Source: Octopus vulgaris (Eukaryota). From it: 64,000 nucleotides of DNA. Positions 34,021 to 48,081 of this stretch are shown in pieces; the stretch's first letter is position 1, and every line of letters begins with the position of its first letter. The translations under genes and the position numbers were made by a program. A model generated the notes under the pieces. The model was not told the DNA's origin, made no database searches, and saw only the letters and a program-made list of their open reading frames with translations. Location of the stretch: positions 30,318,001 through 30,382,000 of the forward strand of contig OX597830.1 in NCBI GenBank assembly GCA_951406725.2, read 5' to 3'.

Positions 34021-34778
34021 ACATATTCATGCATTCATACATGTCCGCATGTACGTAAATATGTAGGGCGAAGTTTGCAATCTAGTTTAGCAAGTACATA
34101 AAGAGCTGGGGAAAACACATAGTCAGAACATATAAAATGGAGTGTAATCGTGTGTGTTCATAGAACAACGTGGATTTGTGAGCACGCACGTGCATACACC
34201 AGAAGCAGGAAATATATAGATTTCAGCATAATTTCCACACTTTAACAGTCATTCGATATTTCGATTCGCTTTACGCCCCATTTCAGCACTATATTTTATG
34301 TGATTTCAACAAATCTTAATTTGTTTATAAAGTAAAATTATTTATGTTAGTATGCCGTTGTGAAGAACGGCCATGTATTGACGTTTCGGATACAAGTCCT
34401 TCTTCAAGGAGTAGAGGAATGTATGACACAGACTTTGGAATAGAAAAATAAACGGTATGAAATGAAACCGAAAATGTCTCAAAAGTATTAGCAGCTTCAT
34501 TAAATTCCTTTATTTCGAACAAGTCAGAAAATAATAAAATGTATATTTGCACAACTTTTTTTTTTGTCCGGGTGATATCAGTTGACTGATTTCGTGCTGT
34601 GGTAGAAACTTCAAACGTTTTTAGGGAAACCCTGGGTACGTTTTTATCTTTCTTTATTTATGGAATTGGAAATTTATCTTTTTGATATAAAGGGAACTTA
34701 AACCCTCAACACACATGTTTTTATTTGTATACATTATCCCCCCCATTCACAGACATAGATTCATATACATACACCCAT

Positions 34779-34847
<69 letters not shown>

Positions 34848-34987
34848 TGTGTGTGTGTGATGTTGTTGGTGGTGTTAGTTGGTGTTGGAGATGGTGGTAG
34901 TGGAGTTGGTGTTGTTATTGTCGTCTCTGGTCAGTTTCATTGAGTAGTAGCAGTGGCTGTGGTAGTATTTTCTTGGCTGTGTTATTG

Positions 34988-35064
<77 letters not shown>

Positions 35065-35110
35065 TGCTGTTGTTGTTGTTGTTGGCGTGTCAATATTATT
35101 GCTGTGGGTC

Positions 35111-35720
35111 AAGGCAGAGAGCTGGAGAATATTTAGCCTACCAGGCAAAATGCTCTGTAGCATTTCTTCCGTCTTTACGCTCTGAGAAAAAATACCACCG
35201 AGGTCGACTTTGTATTTCCTCCTTTTGTGGTAAATAAAACAAGTACCAGTTGTAAACTGAAGTCGAGAAAATCGAATTAATTCCTCCTCAGAAACTGCTA
35301 AATTTGTGCCAAAATTTAAAAGCAAATATTATTGCTGTGAGTCAACGCAGCAAGCAGACGTAATCGTTACCGCAACAGATAAAACGCTTTACAACATTTC
35401 GTCCATCTTTACGTTCTGTCCGGGTGATATAATTGGACTGCTTTCGTGCTGTGGTAAGAAGCTGCAAACGTTTTTAGGGAAACCCTGGGCACGTTTTTAT
35501 CTTTCCTTATTTATGGAATTGGAAATTTATCTTTTTGATATAAAGGGATTTTACTCAACACACCGGTTTTCACTTGTATACGGTACCCCCCCCCCATTCA
35601 CAGACATTCGTTTCGGGGTCGATAAAATAAGTATTACTTTCGCACTGGGGTCATTATAATCAACTTAAACCCTCTCTCAACATTGCTGTCCTGCCGAAAC
35701 TTGAAACCCGTATTATAATT
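35111..35720 (+). mobile_element. Two family B SINEs (35111-35330; ~35345-35720, interrupted by a duplicated segment)
   Basis: Family B head and core motifs; the second copy resumes at TTTCGGGGTCGATAAAATAAGTA (35610). Confidence 0.75.
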
Positions 35721-36208
35721 GTGTTTTGTGATGCTGACGCTTTTACTATCATTACCATTGCCACAACTTCCCTCACGACAGAGTGGCACATATAATGCTC
35801 CCCTATCGTCTCAATAACGCCAGCTGCCACCGTCGCCGCCGTCGCCGTCACCGCCGCCGCAGCTGCCGCGCCAGACTGCGATATAACCGCTATCACTACC
35901 ACATAATATATATTGCTACGACCAACGCAACTATCACCACCACTACAACCAAAACTACCACCACCACCACTATTCTCTCCACCATCATCACCGCCATCAC
36001 CATCGCCTCTACCATCACCACCACCACCACCACATCACTTCAGCAATCATGATTACGTTCAGAATTGTTCTGGTCAAGCGAACTTATGATCAAAACCATT
36101 CATGACGTGATCCTCACGCCTTTCCTCATTAAGCTTAATGTACCTTGGACTACATTCAGTAGTGTGACGTGTTACACTTTTTCGTTTTTATTTATTTATT
36201 TCTGCATA

Positions 36209-36621
36209 GGCGTAGGAGTGGCTGTGTCGTAAGTAACTTGCTTACCAACCACATGGCTCCGGGTTTAGTCCCACTGCGTGGCACCTTGGGCTAGTGTCTT
36301 CTACTATAGCCTCTACTATAGACCAAAGCCTTGTGAGTGGATTTGGTAGACGGAAACTGAAAGAAGCCCGTCTTATATATGTATATATATATGTGTGTAT
36401 GTATGTGCGTGTGTATGTTTGTGTGTATGTGTTTGTCCCCTCAACATCGCTTGATAACCGATGCTGGTGTGTTTACGTCCCCGTCACTTGGCGGTTCGGC
36501 AAAAGACACCGATAGAATAAGTACTAGGCTTACAAAGAATAAGTCCTGGGGTCGATTTGCTCGACTAAATGCGCTGCTCCAACATGGCCACAGTCAAATG
36601 ACTGAAACAAGTAAAAGAGTA
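36209..36621 (+). mobile_element. SINE family A, full length
   Basis: GGCGTAGGAGTGGCTGTG..CACCTTGGGCTAGTG..(TA/TG)n..GACTGAAACAAGTAAAAGAGT. Confidence 0.92.
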
Positions 36622-36784
36622 ATATATTTTTTTCAGATGGGACTTTGCAGTGAGTTTAGTAAGACTTGGGTGTTAATTATTGTAACAGGGCTGGGTTCCC
36701 TCATTGCCTTTTCAGTGTTCCGTTAAAAGCACCTTGCGAATCACATCAAGTATCGGCTCGTTTAGACAACATAATGGATATGGT

Positions 36785-36808
36785 ATCATTGTCATCATCT
36801 TCATTATC

Positions 36809-36865
<57 letters not shown>

Positions 36866-36874
36866 TTCATCATC

Positions 36875-36914
<40 letters not shown>

Positions 36915-36931
36915 ACATCATCAGCATCATC

Positions 36932-36962
<31 letters not shown>

Positions 36963-37348
36963 CCATCGTCATCCGCTTCATCATCCTCATCCTCACCACT
37001 GCCGCCGCTACCACCAACAACACCACCACTACCACTACCAGTACCACCCTCATCACCAGTAACCACCACTACCACCATCACCATCATCATCAGCAGCAGC
37101 AGCAGCGGCATCGTCATCATCATCAACATCATCGTCGTCATCATTATCATCACCATCAACAAGCATCTTTATCATCAGCTTCATTATCATCGCCGTAGTC
37201 ATCATCATCATCACCATCATCGTCATCATAAAATTAGAATATGAAGGATAGTAATGATAATAATTATTAATAATGATAATCATTATCATCATCATTATCC
37301 TCGTCGTCGTCGTCGTCATCAATGTCGTCGTCATAGTTGTCGTCATCG

Positions 37349-37393
<45 letters not shown>

Positions 37394-37959
37394 ACACCGC
37401 CGCCACCAACAACATCCCCATTGTCCAATTGAAGTAAACTCTTCGTACCGTCATCCTCAGCCCATGAGCTTTTTTCTCATCACAAATCAAAATGGTATCT
37501 TCATTCTTGTGTCCAAACGCTTCCTACTTCTTCCATCTTCCGTGACAATCTATGCATGACCATCAATCAAGACACATCACATTTCCCCTATTTACTCACC
37601 TGACCTGAACAAACCGTCGAGCTTTCTTTTCTGGCAAAGTAATTTATAAACGCATTTCCTCCTTCACTTCGGATGGGTGGACTAGGGTACGAGAGGAAAT
37701 ATATATATATATATATAAAAAAACAATAAAGAAGAAACAAAAACTTATAAAGAGCCATTATTGTGTTTGTAATTGTTGTGGCTGTTGTGGTTACGTTTGT
37801 TGTTGGGTACGAATATATTTGCCGTGGAGCGTTGAGGTTGCACCCCACAGATATAGCGCATAGGGTATTTGGGATCTTTGTCTTGTATTATAATCAACGT
37901 ATTCAGTCATCACCATCATCATCATAATTAACATAATCGTAATCATCGTAATCATCATT

Positions 37960-38011
<52 letters not shown>

Positions 38012-38120
38012 GCATCACCATCATCAACATCATCATCATTATTCTTATCATCATCTTTGTCATCCTCATCAACATCCGTCCCATCATCATCATTCTCATC
38101 CTACTCCTCCCCTCATCATC

Positions 38121-38176
<56 letters not shown>

Positions 38177-38312
38177 TCTCATCATCATCATTGTCATCCA
38201 TATCCTCAACATCCTTCTCATCATCATCATCATCTTCGTCATCCTCCTCTCCCTCATCATCATCATCATCGTCAGCATCATCGTCATCATCATCATCATC
38301 ATCATCATCATT

Positions 38313-38359
<47 letters not shown>

Positions 38360-38760
38360 TATCGTCATAATCAACATACACATCATTATCATCGTCATTG
38401 TCAGCAGCAGCATTACAATCATCATTATAAGCGGCACCACCACCGCCGCCGCCGCCACTACCACCACCACCACCACCACCACTACCTCTACCACTACCGC
38501 CACCACTGCTATTATCCCAGTCGGCGTCGTTCTCATCATCGTCATCAACAAGAACAATAACAATGATAATAACGATGATGATGATGACGACGACACGACG
38601 ACGACGATGATGATGATGATGATGATGATATCAGTGTGGTTGTAGTTATAGCAATGATTATGCTGATGATAATCTTCATCACCCTCGTTTTCATTTCCAT
38701 ATTATCATCTTCATGATCACCACTATCACCACAACCTTCATCATCTTTATTATTGTTGTC
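36785..38760. repeat. (ATC)n/(ACC)n/(GTC)n trinucleotide field with a unique island at 37420-37900
   Basis: Directly visible. Confidence 0.9.
37600..37681 (-). other. Candidate 82-nt exon of a host transcript
   Basis: Minus strand: tttcctctcgtaccctag|TCCACC..GGTCAG|gtgagt; one frame is open (PPIRSEGGNAFINYFARKESSTVCSGQ). Confidence 0.35.
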
Positions 38761-38814
38761 GACATCAGTATATATATATATTTATATATATATTTATATA
38801 TATATTTATATATA

Positions 38815-39031
38815 CTCTTTACTCTTTTTACTCTTTTATTTGCTTCAGTCATCTGACTGCGCCCATGCTGGAGCACCGCCTTTAGTCGAGCAGATCGACC
38901 CCGGGACTTATTCTTTGTAAGCCTAGTACTTCTTCTATCGGTGCTTTTTGCTGAACCGCTAAGATACGCGGACGTAAACACACCAGCATCGGTTGTCAAG
39001 TGATGTTGGGTGGACAAACACAGACACACAA

Positions 39032-39118
<87 letters not shown>

Positions 39119-39276
39119 TAGGACGGGCTTCTTTCAGTTTCCGTCTACCAAATCCACTCACAAGGATTTGGTCGGCCTGAGGCTAGAGTAGAAGACACAT
39201 GCCCAAGGTGCCACGCACTGGGACTGAACCCGGAACCATGTGGCTGGTAAGCAATCTACTTACTACATAGCCACTA
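38815..39276 (-). mobile_element. SINE family A, full length
   Basis: Colinear with 27257-27670. Confidence 0.92.
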
Positions 39277-39624
39277 CTATATATCGTTACTATTATATTA
39301 AACTATCGTATGTCCAAATTTGGCCAATTTTTCTTTTTATTTCAATATTTAATTTTGCTTGCAATAGCCGGTTCTTTTGCTCAAATTATCTTATCTCCAG
39401 CTGCTTCAGCTGCCAAGATATAAAAAATTGTCGAAGTGTAGCACAACTTTTTGGCTATGGACTGACGAAATTATTTTTATATTTTCTGAAAAAGCAACGT
39501 GTTGGACATACGACACTTTTGCATAATTGCAACGATATATATTCTTTAAGACTGTGACCCAAGTCTTGAAGAGTTTTTAGCAGAAAGAAGTGGCTCCGGC
39601 GTTTGGTTTTGCAAATATTCTATT

Positions 39625-39775
39625 GGTCTTTATTCTGTCGGTCTCTTATTCGATCGGGATTTTTGCCGAATCGCTATATTATAAAGACGTAAACACACCA
39701 ACAGCAGTTGTCACGTGGTGGGCAAGGACAATCTCAAAAACACACAGAGGCACACATACAAAAACATATGTTTAT

Positions 39776-39854
<79 letters not shown>

Positions 39855-39990
39855 TACGACTGTCTTGCTTCTGTTTCTGTCTACTAAGTGCTTTTTCAAG
39901 GCCTTGGTCAGCTCGAGGCTACAGTAGACATGCAGTGAAACTGAACCCGAAACTACATGTTTGGAAAGTAGGCTTCTTACCACACAGTCA
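39625..39990 (-). mobile_element. SINE family A, diverged, with internal (GATA)n
   Basis: TTTTGCCGAA..GACGTAAACACACCA..TTGGTC..CGAGGCT..ACTGAACCCG..CTTACCACACAG. Confidence 0.75.
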
Positions 39991-40151
39991 CGTCAGTAGC
40001 TCTCTCTCACTTTCTATCTATCTATCTGTCTATTTATCTATCTATCTATCTATCTATCTACCTGCCTATCAATTTATCTATCAATATGTATCTATATCTC
40101 TCTCTCTTTCTCTCACACACTTTTTTCTTTCTTTCTCTCACACACTTTCTT

Positions 40152-40208
<57 letters not shown>

Positions 40209-40287
40209 TTAATCCCATCTTAGGGGCTTCTGTACACTATATATATATATATATATATATATATGCCATCCAAGGGGCTTCTGTACA

Positions 40288-40343
<56 letters not shown>

Positions 40344-41042
40344 ACAGAAGCCCCTCGGATGGGATGTGTCTGTATATCTAAGGTCCCGCTTCATTACGCT
40401 GTCTGTTGGATAATTACGTTGACGGGATACATGTACCTGGGCTACACAACCACTTCGCACGCTATTGTGATACACAGACACACACACACACACACACACA
40501 CATGTCTGTATTTAAATATGCATATATACGTATATATAGGTGTGCTTGTGTACATATATAGATATAGATATACATGTGTGGTTGTATGCATGTATATGAT
40601 ACATTTCCCCCGAGCAATTAATGATTATATTACGAGTGATTTATATACATACTCATAGTAATTTAAACATATTCAATCGACTAATTTTATACATAAGTTT
40701 AACCCTAACTTAATCCTATCCTTCACGACGACATGAGCAGAGATCAGTGTCGGTGAATTATATTCTCCTTTTTGATCAATTTCGCTTCATTGACGCCATT
40801 TACTTCCAATTTCCTGTCGTCGTTAAACCGCTGGAAAGGAATGAACTCGTCACATTAGTTGAAGGTTTGGTATTTGTTGGTGATCATCACACGCTCTTCA
40901 TTAATGGCCACGGGATAATTCAGTGCAGATCATCTCATTTAAAGTGGCATTTATAACCACATAACTTGTACGCCATCATCATCATCAACACCACCATCAT
41001 CATCATCGTCGTCGTCGTCATCATCATCATCATATTCATCAA

Positions 41043-41265
41043 GGAAGGTGGCGAATTCGTAAAACCGTTAGTAGATCAGACTCGGTACGTAGCGGCATTT
41101 TGTCCGTCTTTACGTTCTGAGCTCAAATTCCGCTGAGATCGACTTTACGTTTCATCCTTGTGGGCTAGATAAAACAAGTATCAGTTGCGCATTGGGGTCG
41201 ATGTAATCGACTTCTTCCCACTCTCAAAAACTGCTGGCTCTGTGCCAAAATTTTAAGCCACTATT
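41043..41265 (+). mobile_element. Family B SINE, diverged
   Basis: GTCCGTCTTTACGTTCTGAGCTCAAATTCCGC..GACTTTACGTTTCATCC..GGGGTCGATGTAATCGAC. Confidence 0.8.
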
Positions 41266-41319
41266 ATCGTTGCTGTCTTCTTCTTCTTCCAATCAGAACT
41301 CACGCCATTAGCCACAAAG

Positions 41320-41767
41320 AATAATCTCTAATTCGAGCCTACTCTAAGCTAGTAAGAATGTGTGTGGCAATTTGAAGATCCACCCACCACATGCGATAGA
41401 CTGGCGGTTGCACGGGCGTGAAAGCTACGTTGTCATCCTCATTCCATAAACGGTGACTTTTAACTGGTGGAGAGCTGAACCATCCTGTAGTACAGAGGAT
41501 TCTCAATCTAGACTAGGGTCTGAAAGTTTACCACACCATAGTGGGTTACACCATGGTTCTTCTACTTTGTGACAGAAGTGGGAAGAAAGAGTGAGAGAAA
41601 GTTGTGGTAAAAGAATATAGCGGGGTTCACCACCATCCCCCGCCGGAGTTTTGTGGAGCTTAGTTGTTTTTGCTCAATAAACACTCACAATTCCCGGTCT
41701 GGGAATCGAAACCGCGTTCTTACGACTGCAGGTCCGCTGCTCTAACCACTTGGGCCATTGTGCCTCT
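41320..41767 (-). mobile_element. SINE head C + distinct ~250 bp downstream segment T4
   Basis: 41580-41767 is the reverse complement of 46981-47165; the remainder is unlike the other tails, so its left boundary is uncertain. Confidence 0.7.
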
Positions 41768-42123
41768 GTTGTTGTCGTCGTCGTCGTCGTTGTTATTCAT
41801 TTCTAACAATGTAGAAGTGTTTTTACAAGTTTCTCTTCGAAGCAACTATTTTACCAGAACAAACAGTACTTACAAAATGTACTCATATCAGTAACTTAAT
41901 ATATTTTGATGGTTCTCCTCACAAAGGCTGAAAGAAAATTGAATAAGGTTTGTGCTTTATTTTGGGAGAAACTCTAATTTTAATTTTGCCTCTGATGTCA
42001 TTGACAAAACAAAAGGCCTTCAACATTTCACATTGTGCTTCTAAAAAGAAAACTGTATATGCATAAAATAATATATTTCTCACAAAGAAAACAAAGAGAC
42101 AAGATGCAAATTTAATTGTAATA

Positions 42124-42315
42124 CTCTTTTAATTATTTCAGTCATTTGACTGTAGCCATGCTGGAGCGCCGCCTTTTCGTCGAGCAAATCGACCCCCAGG
42201 ACTTATTCTTTGTAAGCCTGGTATTTCTATCGATGTCTTTTGCCGAACTGCTAAGTTACGCGGACGTAAACACACCAGCATCAGTTGTCAAGCGATGTTT
42301 GGGGGGACAAATACA

Positions 42316-42392
<77 letters not shown>

Positions 42393-42556
42393 TACGGGCT
42401 TTTTTTCAGTTTCCGTCTACCAAATCTACTCACAATGCTTTGGTCGGCCCGAGGCTATAGTAGAAGACACTCGCCCAAGGTGCCACGTAGTGGAACTGAA
42501 CCCGGAACCATGTGGTTAGTAAGCAATCTACTTACCACACAGCCGCTCCTACGCCT
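42124..42556 (-). mobile_element. SINE family A, full length
   Basis: Colinear with 27257-27670. Confidence 0.9.
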
Positions 42557-44002
42557 ATACTTACTGCACAGTCACTCCTACGCCTAATACAAAATATTGA
42601 TATGCACGAGCGAAAGGAAAGCAAGTTCATTTTAACTCAGCTATGTAGATATGTTGTCGTCCACAACTAAACAGGAGTATGCACACACGTATCTCTTAGG
42701 ATATAAACGCAAGCAATGGTAAACTGACTTTTATAAGTTCTTTTTTATTTTTAAAACAACAGGTAACCTCACGTTGTGAAGTATTGTCACGAGGTTGACT
42801 GTCTGAGGGTGAAATCTTGTAAAAGTCGTGAGTCAGTAGATGAAACAGCCTCTTTCTCACTGCCAGGAGCGAACTATGAGATGCAAAAGAATTCCTTCGA
42901 GGAACAACCACCGAACACAAATAGAGTAACCCAGCAAAGAAAACTACAGTACTTCCTAACTTTTGCCAGCCTCCCACAAGAAGTTACAGTCTAGTAAGCA
43001 CTTAAGTACACACACGTGTAAACATAACACACATACAGTGAAATAATTTACTGTTCCGATATTGGTAGGATCAGCAAAAGTACAAAAGTAACACTCCATT
43101 CAGTGAGAGATAAATATCTTTCGATATACATAGAATTTAAGGCAGTGAGCAGGCAGAATCGTTAGCATACCAGGTAAAATGCTAAGCAGCATGTAATCGC
43201 CTTGTCTCCTCCTCTGACATTGCCGATATTGCGCCAGAATTTGAAATCAATATACGCAAGATTTAAATACGAGCTACTATAAGTTTCACGCCTTCAAAAA
43301 TAGCATAGAATTGTATAGTATTGTATAGTGTGCCGTGAAGTATATACGCACGTGTGTCTCTCTGTGTGTGTATGTATGGCTTCATTGATTGATTCTTAGT
43401 CACAGAGCTAAGATATCTGTGGATTAAAAAGAAAACCAGAAGAACGCAATGCGATCGGTGAATGTGTTATTTCGTATTTCGTCTTGCAACTTGCAAGATG
43501 TTTCGTCAAGTAGCAGCAACGCTGCTTCTAGGATCATCAGAGATTTGGAGATAAGTAAGCAATACTTTTTAATACCTGATCAGTGTTGCGTGTGGTGCAA
43601 TCGTGCATGATTGTAAGTCTACGTGTCGGCATGTATGTATGATAATGCGTAAAATGCAAACATTGTTTATCTGGAGATAGGGAAATTCAAGAAGGATGTA
43701 AAACAATGGTGACTCTTAGTACCTTGTTCTGCCTTATTACTCAGTCCACTCCCCCTTCCTTCTTAACTTCTTTCTCCAACTGTATGTTTATAGCATTCAC
43801 ATCTTTACTCCTCCTCTATCTATCTCTCTGTTTACGCCACTCTCTTTGTATTTCAATGTGTGCATGTACATGTATATGTAAATATAAATGTGTGTCTTCT
43901 TTTTCTTCTCTTCCTTCTTCATCTCCTCCTTCTCTTCCTCCTCCTCTCCTTCTTCTCCATCTTCTCTTCTTCTGCTCCTTCTTCTACTTCTCTTCTTCTT
44001 TC

Positions 44003-44036
<34 letters not shown>

Positions 44037-44899
44037 GATAGCTTATCGGCCTGTCTGATAAATAAGTGGTCCTTTTTTTTTCCTTTACCATTGGTCGTTC
44101 GGAGCTTTCACTCATTCTCACTCACTCTCACTCACTCAATGAGTCACTCAGATCACTAATGTTCCCCTTCCCCTCTCTCAATCTCTCTCTTTCTCTCCTT
44201 TGCTCACACACTCGTTCACTAACTGCCTCCCTCTCTCACATCTGCATTGACTAACTTCGTCACACGCATACACACACATACACACACTCTATTTCTTCCT
44301 CTCTTCAACTCTCTCTTTCTCTCTCGCTCTCTTTCTCTCTCATTGTAAAAATACTCAAGAATACAGACTGTTCAACTGAACGGATCATTCCACACCATTT
44401 AACACTGTTCCTTATATATAACTGACTACAGCACTACATCTCTATCAACACCTTCCTCCATCTCCCATTTCCTCAACATTATCTTTCTCTTCCTCTTCTT
44501 CGTCTCTTTCCGCGCGCTTCACCACCACCACCTCCTTCTACTCCTTCGCCTCCTCCACCATCGCATCCGCCGCCGCCAGTACAATGGCCCACATTAATAG
44601 CACCACGCTGCTACTTCTCCTACCACCACTACCAATACTCTACACCATCACCACCACCACCAACACAAATCATCACTTCTCCTTTATTGAACCTACTCTA
44701 ACTGCCCCTCTCTTCTTTCGGATCAATGAGTGAGCGAATTTAAACAAATAATGCACATCCATACGCGTATAAATACACACACACACACACACACACACAC
44801 ACCACACATACATCACACACACAGACACACACACACACACACACAAACACACACAGGTGTATTTATTTAATGTATTGAATGCATGTACATAAATACCTG

Positions 44900-45055
44900 T
44901 ATAATAATCCTTTCTACTATAGGCACAAGGCTTGAAATTTGTGGGGAGGGCTAAGTCAATCACGTTGACTCCAGTGCATGACCGGTACTTGATTTATAAC
45001 TCCACCCCGAAAGGATGAAAAGCAAAGTCGAACACGGTGGAATTTGAACTCACAG
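44900..45055 (-). mobile_element. Family B SINE 3' part
   Basis: TCTACTATAGGCACAAGG..CCCCGAAAGGATGAAAAGCAAAGTCGA..GAATTTGAACTCA. Confidence 0.8.
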
Positions 45056-45129
45056 CATTTATGACTTTGCCATTGATTTCACCTTTTTTTACAACTGCAG
45101 TTGCTGCACTTCACTCATACTGTTCAACC

Positions 45130-46045
45130 TTGGTATTATGTTTGAATTGTTTTGCTCTCCTTCGTAACAGAATGAAGCTTCATACGTCTTTCATAGTTTT
45201 CAACGAGCTTTAACATTCAATCGTTAGATGTTTCAAGATACTTTACCAGTCCAATTGTGGTGGTTTTGTTGGAGATTTCAAATTGGATCAAGCCCTGACA
45301 TCCTTGAGCTCTGAGTAGGTAAAGACAATCTGCGTCTGCCTTTAGGTGGTGCATCTCATTGAAAGCCAGCACCTTACGGATTTACCTGTCAATCTTCCTT
45401 ATTTCGCTCATATTCCAGTTCAAAACATTGAAACTGTAAATAACACTCCTTCCTGATCTTCTCTTTCATACTTGTATATTGAATGCCAGATCCCTCTTTT
45501 ATTCTGAGGTTTTTGTAAGTTTGTTCCTGCTCGAGTTCTTTTATTAGTGTATCAACTTCCAACACCACTGATTATGAAGTCTTCAGTTTCCCTTTCTGGA
45601 AAGTGGTCTTGGCACATTTATCAAGACCAAATTCCATCCTGATGTCATCATTGAATGCTTTTATAGTACGTAGTAGTCCTTCAAGCTCATTATCGTCTTT
45701 GCCATAGAGTTTTATGTCATGCATATAAAACTTATTTTCTTGTCGCTAATTTTATATCCATACTCTGTTCTGCTGAGTTCAGTTGTAATGGCTATGCAGA
45801 AAATTGAAGTTGAGAGTGAGTCACCTTGGAAAATGCCGCAGTTGATATTAATATTTTTTTGTGATCAGTACTCCATTAAAGTGGTATAATTGGAGATTCG
45901 TATTCCACACTGACATGTTGTGCTTCAGGAGTCTTGAAATCAGAGGAGAAATTTTGAAGATATCCAGCGATTTCAAGATCCATGAATGCGTTACACTGTC
46001 GAAAGCCTTTTTATAATCAGTCCATGCAGAACTGAGATTTGAACC
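45130..46045 (-). pseudogene. R4/Dong-clade reverse transcriptase fragment
   Basis: AWTDYKKAFDSVTHSWI, GIFQGDSLS, FYMHDIKLYGKDDNELEGLL, GLDKCAK, NWNMSEIRKIDR, APPKGRRR; deletions and frameshifts present. Confidence 0.9.
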
Positions 46046-46051
46046 AGATAG

Positions 46052-46575
<524 letters not shown>

Positions 46576-46978
46576 GCAAGTCGATACTTTCCACTTTAAC
46601 CTTGTATTTCAGTATTTCGGGCTTAGGACCCTTTCTTCTGGGAGTCTTTGGGAAAACGGTTGCAAGTTGCGTTAGTCACTATTTGAAATTTCTGGCCTTC
46701 CCGTTTTCAGTCCAGTCGTCTAAAGACGAGGAACGAGATACTTTGATTAGCAGCCTGATTTGAATACATGTTCTGCTCTACCTGAAAGCGTTGGTTGCAT
46801 ATTTCGCTTAATTACATTTCATATAACTATAAAAAAAAAAATAGCCATCCGCAATATATGTGCGTGACTGTGTGTGTTTGTGCATGCATGTTTGTGCGTT
46901 GCGCTTGAGTCAGAGCGTATATTTCAAGTCAGATAACCAAAGACCGCGTACTCGTAATCCTGTTAGTACAATCTGTGC

Positions 46979-47364
46979 GTGGAGGCGCAATGGCCCAGTG
47001 GTTAGGGCAGCGGACTCGCGGTCGGAGGATCGCGGTTTCGATTCCCAGACCGGGCATTGTGAGTGTTTATTGAGCGAAAACACCTAAAAGCTCCACGAGA
47101 CTCCGGCAGGGGATGGTGGTGATCCCTGCTGTACTCTTTCACCACAAATTTCTCTCGCCCTTTCTTCCTGTTTCTCTTGTACCTGTATTTCAAAGGGCCA
47201 GCCTTGTCACACTCTGTGTCACGCTGAATCTCCTCGAGAACTGCGTTAAGGGTACACGTGTCTGTGGAGTGCTCAGCCACTTGCACGTTAATATCACGAG
47301 CAAGCTGTTCCGTTGATCGTATCAGCTGGGACCCTCATCGTCGCAACCGACGGAGTGCTCCTAC
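46979..47364 (+). mobile_element. SINE head C + tail T1, full length with TSD
   Basis: tRNA-like head GGAGGCGCAATGGCCCAGTGGTTAGGGCAGCGGACTCGCG..GGTTTCGATTCCC; 12 bp TSD TACAATCTGTGC at 46967-46978 and 47365-47376. Confidence 0.93.
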
Positions 47365-47464
47365 TACAATCTGTGCATTGTCATGCTTTCGGTGATTTAA
47401 CCGGCAAACCCACTAAACGTGCGTAAGTTCATGCGGAATTTTCTCACAACGGGGCTTTCTTTTA

Positions 47465-47628
47465 GACGCAAGCGTGGATGTGCGGTAAGAAGCTTGCTTC
47501 ACAACTACACGGTTTGGGGTTCAGTTCCCCTACGTGACACCTTGGGCATGTCTTCTATTGCAGTCTCGGGCCGACCAAAGCCTTGGGTGTATTTGGTAGA
47601 TGGAAACTGAAAGAAAACCGTCACACAC

Positions 47629-47630
<2 letters not shown>
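47465..47630 (+). mobile_element. SINE family A, 5' half
   Basis: GGTAAGAAGCTTGCTT..GGGTTCAGT..CACCTTGGGCA..GACCAAAGCC..GGAAACTGAAAGAA. Confidence 0.8.
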
Positions 47631-47679
<49 letters not shown>

Positions 47680-47823
47680 TATATATATAACATTTCTGGG
47701 ATTCGTGAGTACCGGGTACTCAAATAGTGAAAGCACCAAAGTAGGGACGCTGATAGCGTGACTGTGTATATGTAGATATATGTACATATGCGTGCGTGTA
47801 TGTGTGTATGCGCCTGCGTATCT

Positions 47824-47901
<78 letters not shown>

Positions 47902-48081
47902 AAACTCATTTAATGCGAATATGCGTATAATTACATTTGTATGTAAATGTACAGAGCAGAAAAATGCGCTCACTTGAAAGCTGAACTTTTGTAGGTGACA
48001 TTTTGCATTCTCTTTTGTTTTGTCTAGTTGTTTTGTGTTTTTTTTCTTATTTTCAAGCAGTTGCTAGGTGTCTTTAATCAG

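Noticed and set aside
42763-42994. Plus-strand acceptor and ORF ending PQEVTV (PDZ-ligand-like)
   Set aside because: An in-frame TAA at 42764-42766 directly follows the acceptor, so the ORF cannot be joined by that splice; no other support
46979-47055. Possible tRNA gene (also the other tRNA-like heads)
   Set aside because: No acceptor stem or terminator; it continues into a SINE body with a TSD
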